In this document: in pieces, positions 1-11,400 of the stretch | How the letters are laid out: every line of letters begins with the position of its first letter | Position numbering within the stretch: the stretch's first letter is position 1 | The notes under the pieces: model-generated | Seen by the model: the letters and a program-made list of their open reading frames with translations, nothing else | What the model was told of the DNA's origin: nothing | Databases searched by the model: none | Translations under genes and position numbers: made by a program | Origin: Leucoraja ocellata | Lineage: Eukaryota | Length of the DNA stretch: 64,000 bases | Reading direction: 5' to 3' | NCBI GenBank assembly: GCA_036785375.1 | Contig: JAWMAR010000261.1 | Coordinates: forward strand, 930,001 to 994,000

Positions 1-566
1 AAAAATCCTCGGGGCTGGCTCAGCGGAGGAGGACTGTGAGTAAGATGGCCAAAAATCACAGCGTTACAGGATAGTGATTTTTCTAAAATCAATATACAGC
101 GTAGACAGGAAGTGGTCAAGATGAGACTTTTAATTACATAGATGAAGAGAAGATAGGAAGCCGGATATCCAAGTTTGCAAATGCCACAAAAACAGTTGGC
201 ATTATGAGCAGTGTATTTCTTGGAAGTATAAAATCACGAATGATATTGGCAGATTAAGCAAATGGGAATGAATGGACAATGTATTTCAAAGCAAACAAAT
301 GTGCAGTCATCGAGTTAAAAGGCAAGGGTAGACTTCTAACTAAATGAAAAACCTGAAGGCACTATGGTTCAAGGGCCCTTTGTAATCTGTGCATGAATCA
401 AAACAACATCATGGATAAGTACAGAAAATAATCAAAATGTCTAACAGGACCTGGTCCTTGTTTCTAGAAAATCAGAATCAGGTTTATCAGACTATTAAAA
501 ATAAATTAAATTAAAATAAATTGGAACTTCATTGCTGGATCTACCACAGAGGGGTCTTGAACTACG
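1..566. repeat. Near-identical direct duplicate of 2648-3213, ending at an N-gap
   Basis: Base-by-base match with scattered substitutions and small indels. Confidence 0.9.
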
Positions 567-778
567 NNNNNNNNNNNNNNNNNNNNNNNNNNNNNNNNNN
601 NNNNNNNNNNNNNNNNNNNNNNNNNNNNNNNNNNNNNNNNNNNNNNNNNNNNNNNNNNNNNNNNNNNNNNNNNNNNNNNNNNNNNNNNNNNNNNNNNNNN
701 NNNNNNNNNNNNNNNNNNNNNNNNNNNNNNNNNNNNNNNNNNNNNNNNNNNNNNNNNNNNNNNNNNCCTTTTCCCTCT

Positions 779-1719
779 AGTTTAGTTTAGAGATACAGCA
801 CGGAAACAGGCCCTTCGGCCCACCGAGTCCGTGCCGACCAGCGATCCCCCGCACACTAACACTATCCTACACTACGAATAATTTTTACATATATACCAAG
901 CCAATTTTACCTCAAAACCTGTACTGTCTTTGTACTGTGGGAGGAAACCGAAGTTCTCAGAGAAAATTTGATTTGAGTATAGGAGCAGGGAGGTTCTACT
1001 GCAGTTGTACAGGGTCTTGGTGAGACCACACCTGGAGTATTCCGTACAGTTTTGGTCTCCTAATCTGAGGAAAGACATTCTTGCCGTAGAGGGAGCACAG
1101 AGAAGGTTCACCAGACTGATTCCTGGGATGTCAGGACTTTCATATGAAGAAAGACTGGATAGACTCGGCTTGTACTCGCTAGAATTTAGAAGATTGAGGG
1201 GGGATCTTATAGAAACGTACAAAATTCTTAAGCGGTTGGACAGGCTAGATGCAGGAAGATTGTTCCCGATGTTGGGGAAGTCCAGAACAAAGGGTCATAG
1301 TTTAAGGATAAGGGGGAAATCTTTTAGGACCGAGATGAGAAAAACATTTTTCACACAGAGAGTGGTGAATCTCTGGAATTCTCTGCCACAGAAGGTAGTT
1401 GAGGCCAGTTCATTGGCTATATTTAAAAGGGAGTTAGATGTGGCCCTTGTGGCTAAAGGGATCAGGGGGTATGGAGAGAAGGCAGGTACAGGATACTGAG
1501 TTGGATGATCAGCCATGATCATATTGAATGGCGGTGCAGGCTCGAAGGGCCGAATGGCCTACTCCTGCAACTATTTTCTATGGTTCTATGTTTCTAAAAC
1601 CCATGTGGCCACAGGGAGAATGTACAAACTTCGTACAGACAAGCACCCGGAATCAGGATCGAACCTGGGTCTCTGGCGCTGTAAGGCAGCAACTCTACCG
1701 CAGCGCCACTGTGCCGCCC
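779..1719 (-). mobile_element. HE1/V-SINE-type tRNA SINE split by a CR1 insertion
   Basis: SINE 3' part at 779-966 with (tttag)n tail; head with A/B-box-like motifs at 1597-1719; AAAA at both junctions. Confidence 0.85.
967..1596 (+). mobile_element. CR1 LINE 3' fragment (young)
   Basis: ORF 1005..1499 has LVRPHLEYSVQFWSP...RRLRGDLIE...[14 protein letters not shown]; 3' UTR ends in an (tctatgtt)n-like tail. Confidence 0.92.
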
Positions 1720-2245
1720 TTATACAATCACAAAGTCCTGGTGTTTTGTCGATCTTTAACAACTCTAGCAAATTACTCGCTTAATGTTAGCTTTAGTTAT
1801 TTCCAGATATTAATTTATTTGTCAGATCTGGTACCTTATCCTATTAAATAATTAATCAGGTTTTTTACTTCATAATTCTGAACCTACTTTGGCCTTAATT
1901 TTTGCAACTGAAGAAGTATCTTCATCTGGTTTTAAGGGTCCAAATTTCTTAGACCAGCTCTTTTCCTTCTGATAACCTCTCACACATATACCCACCAGAA
2001 AATTTGAAGAGATGTCAGGTCATTGATTGATTGATCTTATTTACATAGACACCTAAAGAAGTCCATCATAAAAGACTACCATGGAAAGTTAAAATGTATG
2101 AAATTGAGGAAAAACTATTGAGCAGTTAGGAAATAGACAACCAGCAGGAAAGAGGTAGATAATCAAATTGGCAGAACATAATTTGAAGCTTAGTATAAAC
2201 ATCGGTATTGGGACATTAACAATTCACTGCATTTGTAAATGAAAA

Positions 2246-2789
2246 CTAGACTAAGTGGGACCCGTTGGGTCCCAGCTTCACACGGGAGGGCTGGTCCCCC
2301 AATGCAATATTCAACCTCTCCACCAATTCTAATATACACACTCACACACCCTCCACTTCACACACGCACACACACACTCACTCACATACACACTCACACA
2401 TGCACACACTCCCGCACAGACTCATATACACCCACACACACACATACACTCACACACACGTAGCCTCTCCTTCGCGATCTTGCAGAGCAACTGACTCGCG
2501 TCCAGGCATCCGGAGTTTTATAGTCCTGCCCCCCCCCCTGGAAGGAGCGTTACCTTCATCCCGGTGATTAACAGGCGAGAGGGCCAATCAGTTGACCGCA
2601 ATGTTTTTTTTTAAACACTCCTAACTTTTATATTTTTCATCAATGGGAAAAATCCTCGGGGCTGGCTCAGCGGAGGAGGACTGTGAGTAAGATGGCCAAA
2701 AATCACAGCGTTACAGGATAGTGATTTTTCTAAAATCAATATACAGCGCAGACAGGAAGTGGTCAAGATGATACTTTTAATTACATAGA
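2246..2789 (-). mobile_element. Non-autonomous Helitron
   Basis: Minus strand begins A|TC at 2789 and ends with hairpin GGGACCC-AAC-GGGTCCC then ACTTAGTCTAG|T at 2246; no TSD; internal CA-rich microsatellite; interrupts an old CR1 RT remnant. Confidence 0.85.
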
Positions 2790-3299
2790 TGAAGAGAAGA
2801 TAGAAAGCCAGATATCCAAGTTTCCAAATGCCACAAAAACAGTTGGCATTATGAGCAGTGTATTTCTTGGAAGTATAAAATCACAAAATGATATTGGCAG
2901 ATTAAGCAAATGGGAATGAATGGACAATGTATTTCAAAGCAAACAAATGTGCAGTCATCGAGTTAAAGGCAAGGGTAGACTAACTAAATGAAAAAACCTG
3001 AAGGCACTATGGTTCAAGGGCCCTTTGTAATCTGTGCATGAATCAAAACAACATCATGGATAAGTACAGAAAATAATCAAAATGTCTAACAGGACCTTGG
3101 TCCTTGTTTCTAGAAAATCAGAATCAGGTTTATCAGACTATTAAAAATAAATTAAATTAAAAATAAATTGGAACTTCATTGCTGGATCTACCACAGATGG
3201 GTCTTGAACTACGCTGTTCTTTGCTATCCAAATGAAATAGAAAATTACAATCCCATTTTACTGGTTTCACTACACTTCTCTCAATTTATTAATTCAGAC

Positions 3300-4140
3300 T
3301 TTAAGATGAGGTTTATGTTTAGTTTTGTTTATTGTCACGTGTACCGAGGTACGGTCGACGTTAATGAGAGTTGATGGGGACATGCCGAACTTGCTCATCC
3401 GTGGAAGGAAGCAGGAGGGTTGGTGTGCATTCTTGGCCATCTCTTCGACGTGGCTAGTCCAGGACAAGATGATGGTGATATTTACTCCTAGGATCTTGAC
3501 GTTCTCAACCATCTCCACTTTGGCACTGTCAATGTATACCAGGGTAAGAGTTCTTCATTTCCTGAAGACTATTATTAACATCATCTCCTTTGTCTTGCTG
3601 ACACTGAGAGAAAGGTTGTTGTCTCGACACCAGGGCATGAGATTCTCAATCTAATTTCTGTACTCCGTCTCATGAATATTTGATATCCAGCCCACAATGG
3701 TGGTGTCGTCCGCGGATTTGTAAATTGAATTGGATTTGTACTTGGTTCCAATGTCATAGGTGTACAAGGAGTAAAGAAGGAGGATAACACATCCTTGCGG
3801 AGTACCAGAGTTGAGGATTATGGTAGAGGATGATTTCTCCCCTACCCTCAATGATTGTGGTCTGTTGGTCAGGATGTCGAGGATCCAGTTGCAGAGGGGA
3901 GTGCTGACACTGAGTTCCATGAGTTTGGTGAACGAGTTTGGATGGAATAATGGTATTAAAAGCAGAGCTGTAATCTATGAATAGAAGTCTGACGTAGGAG
4001 TCCCTCTTATCCAGGTGTTCCAGGGATGGGTGTTGGGCCAGGTGGATGGCATCAGCTGTGGACCTGTTGTGAACTGCAGTGGATCAAGGCTGTTTGGTAG
4101 ACTGGATTTAAAGCGTTCCACCACCTGCTTCTCAAAGCAC
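3300..4140 (-). mobile_element. Rex1/Babar-like LINE RT remnant
   Basis: Frameshifted ORFs 3294..3518, 3651..3920 ([31 protein letters not shown]) and 3975..4181. Confidence 0.8.
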
Positions 4141-6050
4141 TTATTTGGAAAATCAGCGTTGAAATTTGTCTCTAGTAACAACAGCTGGACCTAAATGCAT
4201 GAGTGCATTAAATAAATGCATATGCTGTGGTTATTGTACTGTTACAGAAGATTCGGTTACACGTTGTATATGGTTGTTTTGCCAGAAAGAACAATTTTAA
4301 ATTGATTCTTTTTCACTGGCAATTTTGTCTGGACTTCAAATATAAATGCCTGAATGTTGCTGTTGATTTATCTTGTTAATCTCAACCAATATTGCCATTA
4401 TATATATTGAATAATTCAAACCAAATGTATCGAAGTAAAGAATTGAGAGTTGGTGGGACACAGCATTTAGTTGAGTTTTGTTTATTGTGTACCGAGTGAA
4501 AAGCTTTTGATGTGTGCTAACCAGTCAGCGAAAAGACAATACAATGATTACAATCAACCCATCCACAGTGTACAGATACAGGATAAAGGGAATAAAGCTT
4601 AGTGCAGGATGAAGTCCAGTACAGTCTGATTAAAGATAGTCTGATGGTCTCCAGTGAGATAGATAGTAGCTCTCTAGTTGTTGATATTATAGTTCAGTTA
4701 AAATATTCAATATGAAACATGGTCCCTAGAACTAAAATGAGATGTTGGGTCAGTATCACAAATAGGCAGAGCCTACTTGAGATAATGACAAACACCAGCA
4801 AACAAAGACAAAAAAACGTCCAGGCGGCGTAATTCAGTGCCACACTACAGCAATCCACACTGTCACCCTAAGGCAGCATTGTCAAATGAAGGTTCCAGGT
4901 TAAACTGGAACATGCGGAGGATCACGTACAACTGCATGAATTGTGTTTTCTTTGACCAATTTTGCTTTTAAAACTGCTAATATAGCAAAATCGATTGTCA
5001 TGTGAAGTTGGTTATCTTGGTGTAGTGTTGGTGTATGAAGGGGAAGTCTTGTTATGAGCCTTTGGTCTTGTCCGAAGGCATAGTCCATGCCAGGAACACT
5101 GGAATGAGCACTCCAGACCAGCTGTCGTTCAAGTGGAATCCCCAATGTGTAGAAGAGCCTGCGACTTGCTGCTTTACCTTACTTTCAATGTTTTGCTGAA
5201 TGTTTCCCTTTTGTTAATAAATGAGTTACAGCTATTTTGTCACTCTCTTCACTGATGGGCCAAACATAAAAGTACTGTAGCCCAGATAGGTGGGATCTTA
5301 TTAACAGCGTTATAAAAGACATGCAGAAATTAATGAATTAAACCAGGACAAACAAAATTTGGTGGCCACTCTTGCGTTGTCTGAGGAACCGTGGAAACTT
5401 CAGTATGACAAGAGTTAAGATAGCTGCGCAGTACAAGGACCTTTGAAGATCCTGTGATGAACAGCACGAGGTTCTTAATAGTCACCCAATGACTTACAGC
5501 TAACTATAGCCTAGAGCACAAGGTTCTTGATCATCATTCTTACTCAAAATTGAATACAAATAAAGGATTGAATAGCATGCAGTTTTATTTGTATTAGTGT
5601 TTATTTGTATTTGCGTTAATGTTTTCGAGAATGTATTGTGATCGATGATATGAAATTAGAAAGTGCGCACCATTTCAAGGGTCACAAATCTGTGTAAAAG
5701 CTGAGCGTTGTGAGTGAAATTTCAGAGTAGTACGGTAACGGGGACTGTGCTGCTCTCCTTGAGCACAAGAAAATAAAGTGTGTGTGGAAAACCAACGCAC
5801 GTTGTTAGAGTCCAGTTGATCGGTAACGGCAGAACTAAATGTAGCTCTAACAGAGGAAGTGGGGGGAGGTGGGGCGGGGGGGGGGGGGGAGTGGGGGGTG
5901 GGGGGTAAAACAGCTCGGGGACGAGCAGAAGGTAGAGCACAAACTATCATTGACTGTGGATTATGCCAATACTGGTCAATGCAGCCTGATCCTATCTTCC
6001 AGCCTACAACTCTATTCACCTTTTTAGTACAGTAGACCTTTGCTATAACG

Positions 6051-6267
6051 CTTTGAATTCCCTGCCACAGAGGGCAGTGGAGGCCAAATCACTGGATGGA
6101 TTTAAGAGAGATTTAGATAGAGCTCTAGGGGCTAGTGGAATCAAGGGATATGGGGAGAAGGCAGGCACGGGTTACTGATTGGGGACGATCAGCCATGATC
6201 ACAATGAATGGCGGTGCTGGCTTGAAGGGCCGAATGGCCTCCTCCTGCACCTATTTTCTATGTTTCT
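6051..6267 (+). mobile_element. CR1 3' end inserted into a Tc1/pogo-like MITE remnant
   Basis: CR1 3' UTR; TAACG on both sides; TA-CAGTAGACC...TATAACG terminus-like sequence at about 6028-6050. Confidence 0.65.
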
Positions 6268-6894
6268 AACGGACCATGGGGGTTGGGGCATTTGTTTTTG
6301 CCGATTGTCCACTATAATCGAGTGAGGGAGGGTGAATATTAACTAGTTTAACCCAAGGCTGGTTGGGAAGATTGTAGTTTGTAAACATGGTGAGAGTTTC
6401 TGCATCCATCCAACCATTATCTCAATGCAGCAAGTTCTGGACCCCCTTGGTCTCAGCCCTCTGGGTTTAAAAGAGACATCTAATTTTCCCTCTAATATTT
6501 CTACCATTAAATGTACGCTCCTTGTTTTATGAGCTGGACACACTTGTATCTCCATACTTCGTTAATGACCCCCCCTCAGCCTCCTCAGAAACCAAGGAGC
6601 TGTTCCAACAAAAACAATTTGTTCAGCCTCCCTGACGCATTATGTAAAAATGCATTTTCCAAAGGACAAAGTTGTCTCAAAAACAACGGTCAGATTTTGC
6701 TAATCGTGACCACATAGCTCGACAATGATGCTGTCATGTAATATGCGATCACAGGCTCAATGGCCATCAAAGAGAATTAACACTTTCAAGGGAGATTTTG
6801 AAGAACTGCATGCGAAACTCAGCAAAAATAGGATGGCAAGTGAAGTGTGCAATCCAGCCTGAAGCTGTACTGAAATTGGGCACATTAGTTATGG

Positions 6895-7136
6895 AGTTTA
6901 GATTAGTTTAGTTTGGAGATACAGCGCAGAAACAGGCCCTTTGGCCCACCGAGTCCACGCTGACCAGCGATCCACCAGCCATTCCTGCACTATCGGACAC
7001 ACTAGGGACAAACTTTAAAAACATTTTTACCATGCTAATTAACCTACAAACCTGCACGTCTTTGGAGTGTGGGAGGAAACCGAAGCCAGGATCAAACCCG
7101 GTTCTCTGGCACTGACAGCAACTCTACCGCTGTGCC
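6895..7136 (-). mobile_element. HE1-type SINE (internally deleted)
   Basis: Same tail, body and head as the other SINE copies. Confidence 0.8.
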
Positions 7137-8385
7137 TTAGCTGTTGGCTCTTTCAGAGGCAGCTCATCAAATATTTAGCCTTGCTGTGTCACTTGTCACT
7201 CCGAGGTAAACAGAGAAAAACAAACACACGAATAATATCATGATGGCGTATCTCAGCGGATCAGGAAATATCTCTGGAGAACAAGGATCGCTGATGTTTC
7301 GGGTCAGGACCCTTCTTCAGACTGTCACAACTATTTGGCTGATGGGCAGAGTGATCCCTTAAGGTTGTTGAGAAATGGAAAAACTAATTGGAGCTGGTGC
7401 AATCTGGTTATGCCACACATTTTCCAGAAGAGCCACAAAATAATTGTTTGGACTACACATTGTGCAAAACAAAACAAAACAAAACAAAACAAAATCCTGG
7501 AGTAATTCAGCAGAACAGCTAGCATCTATGGTGGAAATACATAGGCGACGTTTTGGGTCCCGACCTATTTCAGACTGATTGTAGTGGGGGGGGGGGGGGG
7601 GGGGGGAGGGAGAAAGCTGGAAAAGAGAGGTGGGGGCAGGCCGAAGCCTGCCAAATGATAGGCGAATATAGGTGGGGGAGAGGGGGTTGATTGCCAGATT
7701 GGGTGGAGTGAGTGACAAGGGCTAGAGGTGAAAAGGAGACAAAATGGTGTCAGATAAGGAAAGAAGAGTGAAATGTGAAGCCAGAGAGAGGACCTATGGG
7801 CAGAAGGGGACAAGGGAAGGGGAGAAAGTTCCACTGTTCACATCCCTGTATCCCTTCGTTATCACATCTTCCCCAGCCAACAATGGGCCATTGTGGGCTC
7901 CGCCCTTCCTTGGTCATGTTTTGCAGGCCCTGATTTGTTCTGGCCTTTTCCTTCCCCCCCCCCCCCCCCCCCCTTACGGGGATGAGTTACTCCAGCATTT
8001 TGTGTCTCTCTTCGGTGTAAACCAGCACCTGCTGTTCCATCCTACACAATACTCCAAATGTGGCTTCACCAATTCTTGTACAACTGCAACATAATGCGCC
8101 AACTTTTATACTCCGTTCCCTGACTGATGAAGAGAGACTGATGAAGAACAACAGACCAAAAGTTTTTGTTACCACCCTATCGACCTGCAACGCCAGTTTC
8201 GCTCGTTTTATGCTCCCCCTAAAAGATATACCAAATGTACACCACTTTCCAGTGTACCCAAATAATTCTGCACAATGTGACCAACATTAAGTGGCATATC
8301 AGGCAATCCGAGAAATACGTTTGACATGCCTGAAGCACATCCAAATCATGCTTCAATTAAGCTGTAAAAACAAATGTCCTCATAC

Positions 8386-8491
8386 CTGTAAGAATCATCT
8401 GGGTAGGCTTTTGCTTCATAATCCTGGAGTTCCATATATGCCTTCTCTTGAAACTTATCAATTTGTGCAGCATTAATTAGGCCTGGGTGGT
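8386..8491 (-). CDS. NR2C1: Exon: [36 protein letters not shown] (penultimate LBD exon)
   Basis: cttAG acceptor, GTATG donor; 106 nt; ends in phase 2. Confidence 0.96.
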
Positions 8492-11400
8492 CTAAGAAAG
8501 TCAAATGAAAGATGCTTAGATTGTTGCACAGAATGTATATTCTAGAGGAAAATTATAATCATCTCTTTTTTGTGGTTGCAATAACAATCAAGCAACCACA
8601 ACTATTCACAACCATTACATCTTGGACCTGATGTTTGATTAAAAGTGAAGTTACTCATAGATTTCATAATCACACAGTGTGAAAACAGGCCCTTAAGTCC
8701 ACCTTGCCTACACAGACCAATGTGTTTCATCCATACTAGTCCCACCTACCCGCGTTTGGCCCGCATCCCTCCAAACCTGTCCTATTCACCTGTCTAAATG
8801 TTTCATAAACTTTGGGATAGTCCCTGCCTCAACTAGCTCCTTTGTGTGAAAAATGTTACCCCTAACGTTCCTATTAAATCTTCCCATCCCTCACCTTAAA
8901 CCTGTGTCCTCTGGTTCTCGATTCAACTACTCTGGCCAACAGACTCTGTGTATCTACCCAATCTCATGAATGTGTACACCTCTATAAGATCACCACGCAA
9001 CTTCCTGCGCTCCAAGGAATGACTATCAGTGATTCCTTCTTCCACAGGATTTCCTGAAGTCCACACAGATGGTGCTTTGGTGGACAAATATTTAAATCAG
9101 GGCAACTTGAAGGCGTATAGTCAGATATCACGGGGATGAGACTAAACAAATATTTTCCCCACACACACAGTTTAAAATAAGCCATGAGAAGTGTGGTAAA
9201 GTTCAAACAGGTTTGAGAAAGTCACACTCTATGTTTGGTCATGCTGTTTCGTTTATTTTAGAGATACAGCACGGAAACAAGCCCTTCAGCCCATCGAGTC
9301 CCCGCCAACCAGCGATCCCTGCACACCAGAGACAATTTCCATTTTTACCAAAGCTAATGAGCCTACAAATACGTACATCTTTGGAGTGTGGGAGGAAACC
9401 GGAACACCCGGAGAAAACCCACGCAGGTCACGGGAAGAACGCACAAATTCCACAGCATTGAAACATAGAAAATAGGTGCAGGAGTATGCCATTCGGCCCT
9501 TAATAAGCACGATAACATCCAAGTAAGCTCTGAACTAGACAGGCTTGGGGGCACTGGCTTTGTCTTTTTGCACTATCATATTCAATATGATCATGGCTGA
9601 TCATCCAACTCTGTATCCTGTACCTGCCTTCTCTCCATACCCCCTGATCCCTTTAGCCACAAGGGCCACATCTAACTCCCTCTTAAATATAGCCAATGAA
9701 CTGGCCTCAACTACCTTCTGTGGCAGAGAATTCCAGAGATTCACCACTCTCTGTGTGAAAAATGTTTTCCTCATCTCGGTCCTAAAGGAAATCCCCCTTA
9801 TCCTTAAACTGTGACCCCTTGTTCTGGACCTCCCCAACATCGGGAACAATCTTCCTGCATCTAGCCTGTCAAACCCCTTAAGAATTTTGTAAGTTTCTAT
9901 AAGATCCCCCCTCAATCTTCTACATTCTAGCGAGTACACGCCGAGTCTATCCAGTCTTTCTTCATATGAAAGTCCTGACATCCCAGCAGCTGTGGTCAGG
10001 ATGGAACCCGAGTCTCTGGTGCTGTAAGGCAGCAACTCTACCGCTGCGCCACCGTATACATCTTGCCTGTATACATTTCAGCGTTCCTCACCTGGACTAA
10101 AGAGTACGATTGCTTTCAGGTAGGCGTACTCGTATCCATCCAGAGTTAGTTTGACCATGCTGTTGCAGAACTCCTGCAGCTTCCAGATGTGTTCCATCAC
10201 CACTTTCACTCGATCTGCCGACAATTTATCTGTTTATTAAAAAAACAAAGATCATCACGACGCAACCTCCAAATAGACTGGTTCAACAGAAACAAGTCAT
10301 CGTGCTGCAAATACTTGACACGGTTTACAGGAGTCGCTGCCTCAAAAAGCAGCCGGCATCATCAGAGACCTACACCACCCTGGCCACACTCTTATTTCAC
10401 TCCTGCCATCGGGAAGATATAGGAGCCTGGAAACTGTAACATCCAGGATCAGGATCAGCTTCTTCCCTCCAGCCATCAAGTTATAAAGCACGATAACATC
10501 CAAGTAAGCTAGGAACTAGATAGGCTTGAGGGGCACTGGCTTTGTCTTTTTGCACTATCATTGTTTGTTTGTTATGTGTGTTAGTATATTGTTCACAGAG
10601 CACTATCTTTACATATTCTGTCATGCTGCTGCAAGGAAGAATTTAATTGTTGTGTTGGGACATGTGACAATAAAACACTCTTGACAATACAACGATACTG
10701 AACCACAGCACATTTTGTCGTCAGCCTAATTTATCCATTTCCGCCACCCCTTCTGATTATGCTGCTCCACAGAGACGAAACCTCTTTTGTGAACTACTCT
10801 TGCATTTCCTCAAGTGTTCTTTTGCATCCTCACAACTTAAGGTGGGCGCTCCCAGTCCGGTAAAACATGCCAAAGGTTTACAATAGGACACTGGACGCTA
10901 ATCCTACCCCGTTGCTGAATACCTTCCAGTAATTGAAATAATAAATGGACAATTATATTTATTCATTCATGCGAGTGAAGACTAATTTGCTGCACAGCTC
11001 TCCCACAGTTTAACAAAGGGCTTTTGGTTCCTAAAGAACCATTTGTTGTGCAAATATTTATGTTGCAATAGGTACAGTGATCCCTTTTATTTGTGTGGGG
11101 AATACCAGCTGCCGTGGACGGTGAGAAGAGAAGTCAGGAGCTAGTCAATCCCCTCCCGGAAAGGATGCAGCAAATCAAAAGCACACCATGCTAGTTTGAT
11201 GAGCTGAAGCATACAGATCATCGAGAGGCAACTGTGGCCAGATAGAAGAACACAGATGGAATCCTCCCCCTCCCGTGTCATTTAAAATAGTGTTTAAGAA
11301 GGAACTGCAGATGCTGGAAAATCAAAGGTACACAAAAATGCTGGAGAAATTCAGTGGGTGCAGCAGCATCGATGGAGCGAAGGAAATAGGCAACGTTTCG

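Noticed and set aside
521-790. ORFs spanning N-runs (also 56030-56440 and 58276-58482)
   Set aside because: Artefacts of assembly gaps.
4900-5158. ORF 4900..5145 (-) as an alternative terminal NR2C1 exon; the AG at 5159-5160 is phase-compatible
   Set aside because: No polypyrimidine tract (purine-rich upstream), no similarity to LBD helices 10-12, and a phase match is a 1-in-3 chance.
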